Source: Eledone cirrhosa (taxonomy: Eukaryota). From it: a stretch of DNA of 64,000 bases. Below, one piece after another: positions 13,286-26,385 of the stretch (positions are counted from its first letter, which is position 1; each line of letters begins with the position of its first letter). The notes under the pieces are model-generated. The model was given only the letters and a program-made list of their open reading frames with translations, ran no database searches and had not been told where the DNA came from. The DNA lies in assembly GCA_964016885.1 (NCBI GenBank), contig OZ024756.1, positions 11,408,001-11,472,000 on the forward strand, written 5' to 3'. The position numbers and the translations under genes are program-made.

Positions 13286-15396
13286 CATACTTCCTATAGT
13301 CTTATACGCCCTATAACACACTAAACATACACCCTATAGTCTTATACTATCTATAACACACTAAACATACTCCCTATAATCTTATACTCTCTATAACACA
13401 CTATACATACTTCCTATAGTCTTATACTCCTTATAACACACTAAACATACTTCCTATAGTCTTATACTCCTTATAACACACTAAACATACTTCCTATAGT
13501 CTTATACTCCTTATAACACACTAAACATACTTCCTATAGTCTTATACTCTCTATAACACACTATACATACTTCCTATAGTCTTATACTCCTTATAACACA
13601 CTAAACATACTTCCTATAGTCTTATACTCTCTATAACATACTATACATACTTCCTATAATTTTCTGTCTTATACTCTCTATAACACACTAAACATACTTC
13701 CTATAGCCTTATACTCTCTATAACACACTATACATACTTCCTATAGTCTTATACTCTCTATAACACACTAAACATACTTCCTATAGTCTTATACTCTCTA
13801 TAACACACTATACCTACTTCCTATAGTCTTATACTCTCTATAACACACTAAACATACTCCCTATAGTCTTATACTCTCTATAACACATTAAACATACTCC
13901 CTATAGTCTTATACTCACTATAACACACTATACATACTTCCTATAGACTTATACTCTCTATAACACACTAAACATACTCCCTATAGTCTTATACTCTCTA
14001 TAACACACTAAACATACTTCCTATAGTCTTCTACTCTCTATAACACACTAAACATACTTACTATATATAGTATTATACTCTCTATAACACACTAAACATA
14101 CTCCCTATAGTCTTATACTCTCTATAACACACTATACATACTTCCTATAGTCTTATACTCCCTATAACACACTATACATACTCCCTATAGTCTTATACTC
14201 CCTATAACACACTAAACATACTCCCTATAGTCTTATACTCTCTATAACACACTAAACATACTTCCTATAGTCTTCTACTCTCTATAACACACTAAACATA
14301 CTTACTATATATAGTATTATACTCTCTATAACACACTAAACATAGTCCCTATAGTCTTATACTCCCTATAACACACTAAAAATACTCCCTATAGTCTTAT
14401 ACTCTCTATAACACACTAAACATACTCCCTATAGTCTTATACTCTCTATAACACACTATACATACTTCCTATAGTCTTATACTCCCTATAACACACTAAA
14501 AATACTCCCTATAGTCTTATACTCTCTATAACACACTAAACATACTCCCTATAGTCTTATACTCTCTATAACACACTATACATACTTCCTATAGTCTTAT
14601 ACTCCCTATAACACACTATACATACTCCCTATAGTATTATACTCTCTATAACACACTAAACATAGTCCCTATAGTCTTATACTCCCTATAACACACTAAA
14701 AATACTCCCTATAGTCTTATACTATCTATAACACACTAAACATACTTCCTATAGTCTTATACTCTCTATAACACACTATACATACTTGTTATAGTCTTAT
14801 AATCCCTATAACACACTATACATACTTCCTATAGTCTTATACTCCCTATAACACACTAAACATACTTCCTATAGTCTTATACTCTCTATAACACACTATA
14901 CATACTTGTTATAGTCTTATACTCCCTATAACACACTATACATACTCCCTATAGTCTTATACTCCCGATAACACACTAAACATACTTCCTATAGTCTTAT
15001 ACTCCCTATAACACACTAAACATACTTCCTATAGTCTTATACTCCCTATAACACACTAAACATACTTCCTATAGTCTTATACTCCCTATAACACACTAAA
15101 CATACTCCCTATAGTCTTATACTCCCTATAACACACTAAACATACTTCCTATAGTCTTATACTCCCTATAACACACTATACATACTCCCTATAGTCTTAT
15201 ACTCCCTATAACACACTAAACATACTTCCTATAGTCTTATACTTCCTATAACACACTATACATACTCCCTATAGTCTTATACTCCCTATAACACACTATA
15301 CATACTTCCTATAGTACTATACTCTCTATAACACACTATACATACTTCCTATAGTACTATACTCTCTATAACACACTATACACACTCCCTCTATCC
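13286..15396. repeat. 40-bp minisatellite, about 52 copies
   Basis: Unit catacttcctatagtcttatactctctataacacactaaa. Confidence 0.97.
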
Positions 15397-15698
15397 TATG
15401 TCACAAGCTGTCAATACATACACGCTTACATACAAATCACAGATACTTTACACATACACAGTATACACTTCACCTCACATACACACATTAAAATTTAATC
15501 ATAAACTCACACATACAAATCTACACATATCACGGACATACGCTAACTCTGCCAGATACTTTACACATACACAAAAGATACTTCAACGCACATATACGGT
15601 ACACACATACACGCATACAAGTCCACTACCACATGGATATGCACATAACACACCCAAACTTTGATACTTTACGCAATAAACCTTTAAAAAACACATAA

Positions 15699-15940
15699 TG
15701 GCACCAGCACTACTCATTTGCAGGGTGGACTGGGTGCTTTTCGGGTGGTACCAGCACTACCGCTTTACAGGGTGGACTGGGTGCTTTTCGGGTGGCACCA
15801 GCACTACCGCTTTGCAGGGTGAACTGGGTGCTTTTCGAATGCACCAGCACTACCTCTTTACAAGGTGGACTGGGTGCTTTTCGGATGGCACCAGCACTAC
15901 CTCTTTACAGGGTGGACTGGGTGCTTTTTGGAATGGCACC
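15699..15940. repeat. About 47-bp tandem repeat, about 5 copies
   Basis: Unit ggtggcaccagcactaccgctttacagggtggactgggtgcttttcg; its reverse complement resembles aaagcacccag...ctgtaaa in the SINE and RTE 3' UTR. Confidence 0.85.
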
Positions 15941-15956
15941 ATATATATATATGTAT

Positions 15957-16003
<47 letters not shown>

Positions 16004-16010
<7 letters not shown>

Positions 16011-16600
16011 GAAATAGCACTGAAAATATATTTAAGGGTCTGTTTTTTTTTTGTTTTTTTGATTCATCAAAGTGACATTATTGAAATAACGAGGGGGACA
16101 ATTTAAAAAAAAAAGGAGTATTATAATGTATTCAAAGTATATAAAGTATTACCTGTTTCTATGTATTAGTAAAATTCATCTTATCAAATGTTGAGTATTA
16201 CAATTAAAAAGAATTAATAAGGATTAAAAACTAAAAATTAAAGATTTAAAATTAAGTGTTGAGGTAAGTTTTTGCAATTTCCTTGTTGAGAAGGAGATTG
16301 TCTTTTTAGTTTTTAATCCTTATTAATTCTTTTTAATTGTAATACTCAACATTTGATAAGATGAATTTTACTAATATATAGAAACCGGTAATACTTTATA
16401 TACTTTAAATACATTATAAAACTCTTTTTTTTTTTAAAGAATTATCCCTCTCATTTTTTCAATAATGTCACTTTGACGAATCAAAGAAAGGAAAAAAAAA
16501 AAAAAAAGAAACAGACCCTTAAATATATTTTCAGTGCTGTTTCCAATCTCACTTTTTCTCTATAACCACTGTTTTGTATAGAACCTTACTTCCCTTTTCA
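16004..16600 (+). mobile_element. Long fold-back element (about 235-bp arms), probably a Penelope-like end
   Basis: Arms about 16004-16237 and 16303-16550, then a short tail before (TA)n; degenerate tgataag...gaaaccggta motif. Confidence 0.55.
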
Positions 16601-16655
16601 AATATATATATATATATATATAAATATGTATATATATATCTTATTTCTCATTCTT

Positions 16656-16691
16656 TCTTCTGATGAAGGACAAACGTCCGAAACGTTAAGA
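16656..16691 (+). ncRNA. Minimal hammerhead motif in a Penelope-like end (16640-16782)
   Basis: tctt-CTGATGA-a-GGAC-aaac-GTCC-GAAA-CGTT-aaga, with the palindromic AACGTT stem III typical of minimal dimeric PLE hammerheads. Confidence 0.7.
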
Positions 16692-16792
16692 CCCCCCCCT
16701 TCCTGCTATATCAAGCTTTAACCTAATATATACCTTCCATATACTGTACCGATTGTGTTGTTATTTCTGTTTACCTTTTACATATATATATA

Positions 16793-16973
16793 TAACGAAG
16801 GAAATGTGGTAAGGAACCAGATGGACCATAACGCACCAAAGTACTCAATACTTAGGGTAGTAGAGTGGGTAATAGGAACGAGTAGGACCCCGACGGCAGA
16901 GCTCAAGCCGTTTCGACGGCTAATTCCGTCGAAACGGCTTGAGCTCTGCCGTCGGGGTCATACTTGTTCCTAT
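16793..16973 (-). mobile_element. Fold-back family A copy
   Basis: Reverse-complement match to 9791-9996 with a shorter loop (gacggctaattccgtc). Confidence 0.75.
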
Positions 16974-16990
16974 ATATATATATATATACA

Positions 16991-17350
16991 TTGTTATACT
17001 TTGGGAGGGTCATGCTGCCAATAAAAACACACGCACCTGTTGGTTTTTACTTCAATTCATTTTCTGGTTGGTTGGTTGGTTGGTTGGTTGGTTTGTTCAA
17101 TAACCCCATAGTTGTTTCTATATTGTGAAAGTTCTTTCATCACACATTCTGTTATGGATGGTTGGTTGGTTCCATAACACAATGTGTGAGGAAAGAGCTT
17201 TCACAATATATAAACAGCTATCAGGTTATCGAATCAACCAACCGGAAATTTATAATAAATTGAAGTCAAAACAATGGATGTATGTGTTTTTATTGGCAAC
17301 CTGACCCTCCCAAAGTATAACAATATCTGTTTCAACACATGTTTCCAGAA
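16991..17350 (+). mobile_element. Diverged fold-back element (family D)
   Basis: Arms ttgttatactttgggagggtca...tgttatgga and tccataaca...tgaccctcccaaagtataacaa; related fragments at about 12170 and 52770. Confidence 0.55.
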
Positions 17351-17662
17351 TTAAAAAAAACTAAGTGTGTGTATATATATATATACATTCTTGGTCCACA
17401 TACCACAACAAAAAAAATATATCTTGTGTCGCATCACCAGTCTGAGGAGTAGATCGACACTGGAGTCAGATCCATAACACCTGTGGGTCACCTTGAACCA
17501 ATCCTCTGTGTAATGTGCGTAACAGGTTGATACACATTAAAAAATATTTTTCCTATGTAAACGAAAGTTCCTTCTTTTTTCTATTATATACACTCTGCCT
17601 GTGCATAGAGTGCTTGTTTTGGTACCAACATCAGTATTTCACTGTACTACCTACACTATATA

Positions 17663-18009
17663 TCATCATTCATTCATCATTTCATTTTACGTCCGCTTTT
17701 TCCCTGCTTGCAAGGGTGGGACGGGAACTGATTCTGGCTTGATTTCTACAGCTGGATGCCCTTCCTAACACCAACCTCATTTACAGTGAGTGCTGGGTGC
17801 TTTTTTGCCGTGGCACCTCCACGACCACTTTGCAGTGGAATGATAGGGACCCCAGTCCCTATCATCTCATTTCTACAGCTGAGTAAACTGGAGCAATGTG
17901 AAATAAAGTGTCTTGCTCAAGGAAACAACACATCACCCGGTCTGGGAATTGAACTCACAACCTTTTGATTACAAGACCAATGCTCTAACCACTAAGCCAT
18001 GTGCCTCCA
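17663..18009 (-). mobile_element. SINE family 1
   Basis: Full reverse-complement match to 9118-9466. Confidence 0.9.
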
Positions 18010-18225
18010 TATATATATATATATATATAAATTCAGCAAGAATCGTATTTCAGCCGGTAGAAAAAGCGAAACGAAACGCAAAATCGTAGATATGCTGGCA
18101 AGCACTCCAATAGTTAAGAAAACTAGAGCTAAACAATATGTTAAAACGCCATACATACTGAAAAAGTGGTCAAGAAGGCATTAACCACCTAAGCCAAAAA
18201 ACAAATCAAGCTAAACGGGTCAAAC

Positions 18226-18418
18226 ATAGGAAAATGTTTGACCCGACGGCAGAGCTCAAGCCGTTTTGACGGCTATTTCTGGAGTCCAGAAATAGCCGTC
18301 GAAACAGCTTGAGCTCTGCCGTCGGGGTCAAACATTTTCCTATTACCCACTCTACTACTCTAAGTATTGAGTACTCTGGTGCGTTATGGTCCATCTGGTT
18401 CCTTACCACACCTCCTTC

Positions 18419-18422
<4 letters not shown>
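18226..18422 (+). mobile_element. Fold-back family A copy
   Basis: Arms ataggaaaatgtttgacccc... and ...ggggtcaaacattttcctat, with the same tail. Confidence 0.75.
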
Positions 18423-18462
<40 letters not shown>

Positions 18463-18466
<4 letters not shown>

Positions 18467-18780
18467 TGGTACCACAACATCCAGTCCAAATAAATGAGAT
18501 CGAGATCGAGATCGTGTAGGTGTCATGAGAAAAAAAAAACACACAGTCCACGCTGTAATGTGGCCGTGTAGGTAACACGGTAAAAAGTTCCCAGTTCCAC
18601 ACTGTAAATGTGGTTGGTGTTAGGAAGGGCATCCAGCCATAGAAAACCTGCCAGATAGTCCTATATGAGCGAGACACGGTCACCCGACCAAACCTTGCCT
18701 CAAGTGGGACAACTCCCGTCAAAACCCATGCTAGCGTGGAAAGTGGACGTTAAACGAGGATGATGATGATGATGATGATG
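18463..18780 (+). mobile_element. RTE 3'-UTR insertion
   Basis: Matches 4040-4340 and ends in a (GAT)n tail. Confidence 0.8.
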
Positions 18781-20477
18781 ATATATCTTGGCCATGCGTG
18801 TCTGGTTTAGAATGGGTACAGCATATACCTGTGTGTTGTGACAAGCGACTGGATGTGTTTGCGTGAAGGACATCCATCTGTAAAACATTGCTTCAAGAAG
18901 TCCTGTCCAACCCATGCTGGCTTGGAAAAACTGACATAAAAGCGATGATGATGATGATTATCATTGCCAGAGTCATTGAAATATCAAATAGAATGCTTTG
19001 AGGCATTAATTCCAACTCTGAGTTCAAAACCTGTCCAGGTCAACTTTGCCTTTCAACTTTTCAAGGTCTATAAAATAAGCTCCAGTCCAGTACTGTGGTC
19101 GATTTTTCCTCTATATTTATTTAACACTTCCTCTCTATCACTCATCTTCTTCCTCCTTTTCTCTGCAAGAAATTGACTGAGCTCAGATGTGCTGAGGTGA
19201 AGGGCTTTGCCAGGTTTCCAATGCCCAAGCTATGGTGTCCCTTTACTCTAACAGCATTTATGGGTCCATATATATATAATATGTATAGAAGTATGTCCTG
19301 ATACTATATGTAGACTTCACCGAATAAATGGACGAAATATATAACTTTAGTCAAGTTTGTGTGACATATTTTAGTATTAAAATGTTGGCAAGAAATAATT
19401 TCGTGGAACAGAAAAACAAATAAACAAACAAACAAACAATATTAGTCAAGGGCTAATATTTTTTCATTTTCCCCTAAAACTATGGAAGACAACTCTGGAC
19501 ATGTTTCTGTCTTATTGTGACCTCATAAGCTAAGATTTCGTCGTATATGTGTAAATGTACCGAATAAATTATTTCTTTGGAGTGACATCTATTAAAAAAA
19601 ATAATAAATAGAGGACGAAATTAACAGTGACAATAATTTGAAAATTCAACATTGAACCATAAAAACAAATTAACGTAGACAAGATTTCATGTAGAGAAAT
19701 TAAAGAGTAATAACACTCCTGCTAAGAACACTAACAACAAACGAATTAACTTTAAATGTAAATGGAAACCGTAGTGGATTTAAAATGCCGAGAGCAAGTT
19801 GTCTGTTACGGCAGCATCGCTCGTTATTATGTAAGGCTGAAATATTACGTATTGTATTACGAGATATGTTGTTGTTTTAAATGTATTCTCAACCTGTTGT
19901 GACTGAGGACAACTCTTGATTCTGTGCTATCGTTGTTCCACAGATGTTTACTATTTCAAGGTTGAAATACGATGAAAAACTTCAACAGTAGGTACCCGTC
20001 ATAGGAATATAAAACACACATTCCACAAAATAACAACAATGTAGATAAAATTTGTTACTGGGGTTACCAAAAATGAGAATAACACGTGTTTATTAACATA
20101 TATTTTTTAGATAGCGAGCTAGTCACAACACAAGTATACATGGAGGAAGGAATTGTATTTAAAATATAAAGAGGAAGAAATATCTAAAAATAAAACAAAA
20201 GCCCTCTCTCTCAATTGTAAAATAATTCTAAAACAACAGGAAGTGGATTTATATATTTATTTCTTTAAAGTAGTAAAGTTTTTCTCGTTTGTTCATATTG
20301 GTTTTTAGAAGACACCGCTTGGCGTGTCTGTAATTTTCTTAGTAAAAAGCTAAATCACAACCTCTTACTTCAGTTACGGACACCCCTTGTCGTTGAATCT
20401 TTTCTCTCCCCCCTCTCTCTCTCTATATATATTAATATATCTACCTCACCTTTTCCCTCAATATTTCTATCTTGAAC

Positions 20478-20516
<39 letters not shown>

Positions 20517-20819
20517 CACACATTATTATATTTTGTATACATTATTATATTTTGCCTTTCATCCTTACTTTGTCGATAAAATAAAGTACCAGTAATGTAC
20601 TGTATAATTGCTGGCCTTGTGCCAAAAGTAGAAACAATTATTATATCTCTCTCTCTCCCTCACGACTTGAGTGACCCTCCCCCTATCTCTCTGTCTCTCT
20701 CTCTATATATACACACACACACACATAAATCTCTCTCTCACGACATGAGTGACCCCCTCTCTATATATCTATCTATCTATATTTATGCCTCTCTCTCTCT
20801 GCTATCCTTTCTCTCACGA

Positions 20820-20966
20820 CTTGAGTGCGCTTCGTCTAATTAGCAAAAAATGGGCATGCGCACTTTGAAATAGCTAGGCGGGAAGGTTTGTCAATATTAT
20901 GGATGACGAGGTGAGATGGTACATATTAAGTGATTATATCCATATTCCTTTAAACTAGAGGTAAGT
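20820..20966 (+). promoter_or_regulatory. Candidate promoter / first exon of a host gene
   Basis: Repeat-free, CpG-containing patch with GCATGCGCA (NRF1-like) and GGCGGGAA (E2F-like), followed by ATGGATGACGAG|GTGAGA and a consensus donor GAG|GTAAGT at 20960/20961. Confidence 0.3.
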
Positions 20967-21667
20967 AAATTTACGATTTATTTTCTTAATCATTCTATAT
21001 ATATATCCAGGTATAAATGTCTTCTGTGTCGCCCTCTTCCAACTATCATATATATATTTTTTATCTCGACTCTATTCAGCGTGTGTGTTGTGTGTGTGTG
21101 TTTCTTGCTCATTGCTTGTGATTCTCGTCTGGAGGCTAACTTCCCGTCATTAGAGACAAGTGCTTGTTCCTCTCACTACACACTTTCACCACTCTGTCTT
21201 TCTCTCTCTCTCTCTCTTAGTTTTATTATTTTCTCTTTTCTTTCCGTCAACCAATTCTACCCCATTATCAATCTCTCTCTCTACACACACACAAATAATA
21301 TATATATATATATATAGACACACACAAATATACATATACACACACATATATATATACACACACACATACATTTACATACACATTTACACATATAGGCATA
21401 CATATATATAGATCTATACATACACACACAAGTTAAAAAAAGGTAATATTATCTCTCCAGCACCTGTGTTTCTCTTTCATTCTTTAATTGCATTTAAAAA
21501 ATAATTCTCCTTTCCGAAATCCATGTCAATATATTTTTACCTTCCGTCTTTTCGCCAATTTCACGTCACATCTCTTATAAATTTATATCACCTTTTCATT
21601 TTTGTTATTATTAAACATCCAATCTTGCTCTATTTCTTTCATTAATTCTCCAGTCCGCCTCGTATAC

Positions 21668-21716
<49 letters not shown>

Positions 21717-22970
21717 TTAAACTAATATATATATATATAATGTGTGCGTTTATAGCACCTTTATATTTCTATCGAGTTTTTAATCACCATCGACACGCAG
21801 CTAAAAAATAATATACATATATATATAATTGTTTCTACTTTTGGCACAAGGCCAGCAAATCAACCAGTGTATTACTGGTACTTTATTTTATCGACCCCCC
21901 TCCTATATAATAATATAAAATAAAATAAAATAAAGTAAAATGCCTGGCTCTCTCTCAGCTTGGCACCTCTTAGATCTTTCTCTGCCATATAAACTGCTTT
22001 ACTAACGAAGAAGCCCTACAAAGCTTGGCCAGTATTTTAGTTTCTGCCACCATACTACCATCGCAACATTTCGATACAGAGACGATATAAAAAAAAAAAA
22101 ACACACACCCCACATTCAATATTTTACTTTTTCTTTTATCGATTGAATTATTTTGTTGTTGATTTTTCTTCATTCTTTATTTCCTTTAATTCTGTGTTCC
22201 TCATTTTGGTATTGAAGAAGAAGAAAAAAAATAAGAACACATCAGTTTGAAAAGATATAAACAAACTAATTTTACTGTAACCCTCTACTCTCGATATATT
22301 ATTACATGATCTAGTATATATAATATATATATTAAATAATATACATTCCTTTCTACTCCATTTCCCTACTGTTCCAATATATATATATATATATATATAT
22401 ATTATACACACCTTTTGTATTTAAACCACATAAGCAACCTTTTGTTTTAACATATACTTCTAATAATGAATACTTGCGAGGATTCGTATAAAGCCAATTG
22501 TAGCTAAGATTATATATATATATATATATATATTAAAATATATATATTATATATATATAATTTTAACTACTAACATCCCAACTATATATATATATATTTA
22601 ATATAGAAATGACTTTTACAGGACTAAAACTGTTTCATCCGTGTGTATGTGTATATATATATATATATATGTGCCTGTATGTGTTTAATATATATATATA
22701 TATATATATAAATATATATATATGTAATTATATATATATATGTAATATATATATATAGTGTGGCAACATTTTTGTGCTTATAAAAACAAGCTCTATTGAT
22801 AACATATCAAAGCGGATGCGATGCAATTTCGTTTTTTTTTTCTTCCATTCTACCTACTTATAATTTACAGTAGAACTGTTTTCTGCAGAGTAAAAATCCC
22901 ACACAAATATATTTATGCACACAACTGCAATTACATATATACATGAAATTTTTGTACATGTTATAAAGAT

Positions 22971-23030
<60 letters not shown>

Positions 23031-23035
<5 letters not shown>

Positions 23036-23352
23036 CAAAATATTAATAAATGAAGACGTTCAGATAATCACAATATATGTTTTATTATATACATTTCGGA
23101 GGTACTGTGCTGTTTTTTCAGTACGTCCTCATCAGATAAAATATATTTTATCTGATGAGGACGTACTGAAAAAACAGCACAGTACCTCCGAAATGTATAT
23201 AATAAAACATATATTGTGATTATCTGAACGTCTTCATTTATTAATATTTTGAATAATATTAATAACTCCAGAAAACTTCCTTGTAGAGTGCTTTTAATCT
23301 ATTGTAAAACTATATTCATTGAGTAATCAATGAACGATATTAATCTTTGGTT
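23031..23352 (+). mobile_element. Near-perfect fold-back element with back-to-back hammerheads
   Basis: About 112-bp arms centred near 23143, then a tail ...aactccagaaaacttccttgtagagtgct...; flanked by TA repeats. Confidence 0.8.
23146..23207 (+). ncRNA. Type I hammerhead ribozyme motif (mirror copy on - strand at 23080-23141)
   Basis: ttttat-CTGATGA-GGAcGTACTG-aaaaaacagca-CAGTACcTCC-GAAA-tgtatata-ataaaa: stems I and II pair and the core is intact. Confidence 0.8.
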
Positions 23353-23427
23353 ATATATACATACATATATGTGTATATATATATACACCAGGTACGCTTT
23401 TCAACCCTTCTTTTTAATTATCATTTT

Positions 23428-23465
<38 letters not shown>

Positions 23466-24150
23466 AGGTAGAAATAGAAATTGCTTTCCATTTCAACCCG
23501 TCATTTTACTACGAAAACGTAGTTAAAACCTGTCATACATTTATAATTTTTTCTCTTTCCTTTCCTTTTTTTTGTTACAAGATCTCTTCCCCCTAGTTTT
23601 GCTTTCATATCATATATCCATCATTTTATAATAATTTCATTTCTACGGAATCTATTTCTGCGAGAGATCCTTTTTAAAAGTTAAGATAAACAAGAAATTA
23701 GAAATGTTTAAACGGTGAAACTGAAAAGCCATCACCCACCAAACACCTTTATCACACGTGTGGTCTTATTTACAATTTAATTAGACATTAGTACACGTGT
23801 GTATGTGTGAATGTAGAAGCCATGTGTGTCTGATGTATCTCTCAACATATTCCATTCAGCCTTTTACTTTAGGTTTTTTTTCCCCCCAGTTTATTCGTGA
23901 TTGAATTATAAAATGTGGGGGAGGGAACAAACCGAGAGAATCCTTTTATTCCTTATATTTAGCGGAAGGACTAGAAAATAATTTAGTTATTATTCAAATA
24001 TATTCAGACGTGTGTGTATGTGTGTTATTTTTCTTTCCCTCTTCCTGTTTACGATCAATTTTTCACATATTAGAAAAATGCTAAACCTCATAATTCATAA
24101 CACAAAAATGATTTTATAAATTACACCATTCACGTACGATTATTTCACCA

Positions 24151-24206
<56 letters not shown>

Positions 24207-24852
24207 GTATACACACTGATATATATATACATATACATACACATTGGTGTATATATATAACCATTTGGTTATTATGGCTCTAGATAATGTTTATTGAGCT
24301 TGCTTATTGAAAAACACAAAATTCTAAACATATTTGATATATTTTAATTCATTATTTGTGTGTGAGTATGTATATATAGATATATATAGTTTTCACCTGG
24401 GCATATATAATCTACCAGGAATTACTGCTATCTCCAGGTGCTTATAATTACGAGCTTGTCAAATGCTGTTTCTTATTGCATAAAAACCAATTGGTATATG
24501 CTTATTAAAGAAAACATCAACAAAATTGTAAAATAAAATATTGATTTGATTGGAATTGCTGAACGGAACTAAAACCTCGTGCATCATTGTCCCAATTTCT
24601 AGTGTTTATGTAATTGGAGTCTCGTTTATTACAGAATATTGAACATTCTCTCTCTGGAAGTTATTTTCCTCCATAGCAGTTAGAGTGGGAGCGGGGACGG
24701 GCTCTATTTCAGCCACAACCTTCCGTATACACACACACACATGTGCATGTGTGTATATATATATATATATATACACAGATAACTACATACATAAATTATT
24801 GTCAGAGAATACACAACCAAATTCTTGAAAAAAATATTTATTGGTTTACAAT

Positions 24853-24888
<36 letters not shown>

Positions 24889-25111
24889 CGTATGTATATG
24901 TGTGTGTGTGAATTACTGAAATCCGGTGCAAGCTTAGTAACTGGTGTATTTATTTATAAATTATATATGATTATATATAAAAATATACAAAAAATATTGT
25001 TTTATAATCACACTTTTCTTTTTCTTTTTTTAAAATCGAAGCCATTAATTCTTTCCCAGTCTTTCTAGCGGAAGGTTCGTGTGTAAAATATATTACTATT
25101 GGATCTCCGTC

Positions 25112-25382
25112 GCTTCCAACGACCAGTGTTACTTTCAGTTAATCGAAAAATGGAACAGCCTACACAGGAAATTGTGTAAGCGGCCGAGCATTCCACGGAC
25201 ACGTGTACCCATAACGTATATCTCAGGGAGATTCAGCGTGATACAACTGTATGGCATGACTGGTCGTTGCAATTACAGGTACAACTCATTTTTGTCAGCT
25301 GAGGGGAGTAGAGCAGGGTAACTCGAACCCACAACTTTACGATCGCGAGCTAAACATCCTAACCACTAAGCCACGTGCCTTC
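25112..25382 (-). mobile_element. tRNA-derived SINE, family 3
   Basis: Minus strand begins gaaggcacgTGGCTTAGTGGttagg...GGGTTCGAGT; its body differs from family 1. Confidence 0.75.
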
Positions 25383-25657
25383 ATGTCCATGCTAGCGTGG
25401 AACATGGACGTTAAACGATGCTGATATATAATAATTGTTTCTACTTTTGGCACAAGGCCAGCAATAAACCAGTACATTACTGGTATATAATAATATTGTG
25501 TACAGTGCTCAGGTGCTCTACAACTCGTAAAACCCCATGTAATTCATAGACACTGACATGTTCATGTAGATACATGAGTAGGTATGTATATATGTGTAGA
25601 TCATATGTACCCACACATACAAATACAAAATGGATTTGAAACACTTTAATTTATGTT

Positions 25658-25704
<47 letters not shown>

Positions 25705-25716
25705 TGTATATATATT

Positions 25717-25876
25717 CAGTGAAATTCCGTTATAGCGAAATTCACGGGGTATAAAAAAATATTTGTTGTAACCAAAATATCTTTATAACGAGATCAACCT
25801 AACACATCGAGCATGTGGCCGGGGATTGAAATTTTTTTTTGTTATAATGGTATTCGTTATACTGGAATTTTACCTG
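25717..25876. mobile_element. Tigger/pogo-like MITE
   Basis: Imperfect TIRs cagtgaaattccgttatagcgaa / ttcgttatactggaattttacctg next to TA repeats. Confidence 0.6.
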
Positions 25877-26385
25877 TATATATATGTATATATACATTTG
25901 CTTGTCACTTAAATTGTTTTTCTGTATTTTACCTGTATATGTATGCGTATATATGAATATATACATATATATATATACACGCATACATATACAGGTAATA
26001 TACAGAAAAACGATTTAAGTGACAAGCAAATGGTTTCAGTATACCTTTAGCGACTTCAGATATGATATAACCAAACTGAAAGGAGAAAAGAAAAGATATA
26101 GAACTGTGATAAGATAATGAAATCTTTCAAATAACGCAACACATAAGTGAACAACATATCAACAAATGACATGACTACAACCATACACAATCTTATAAAA
26201 ACAATATATAACATTGGAAACCAACCAATGAAATTGATGCTTATGGATAATCTAGCATGGACTTCATCTAATGGATATCAAACAAATATGAAAACTGAAA
26301 CAATCGTTCTGGCCTGGAGATCACATTAGCATGAAACTCAGAATGCAAGAAAATGAAGTCAGTTTAAGTAAACTTAACTCTATAA

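Noticed and set aside
20899-20960. Actin-like start MDDEV
   Set aside because: The following residues (RWYILSDY) do not match actin and no actin exons occur in the window.
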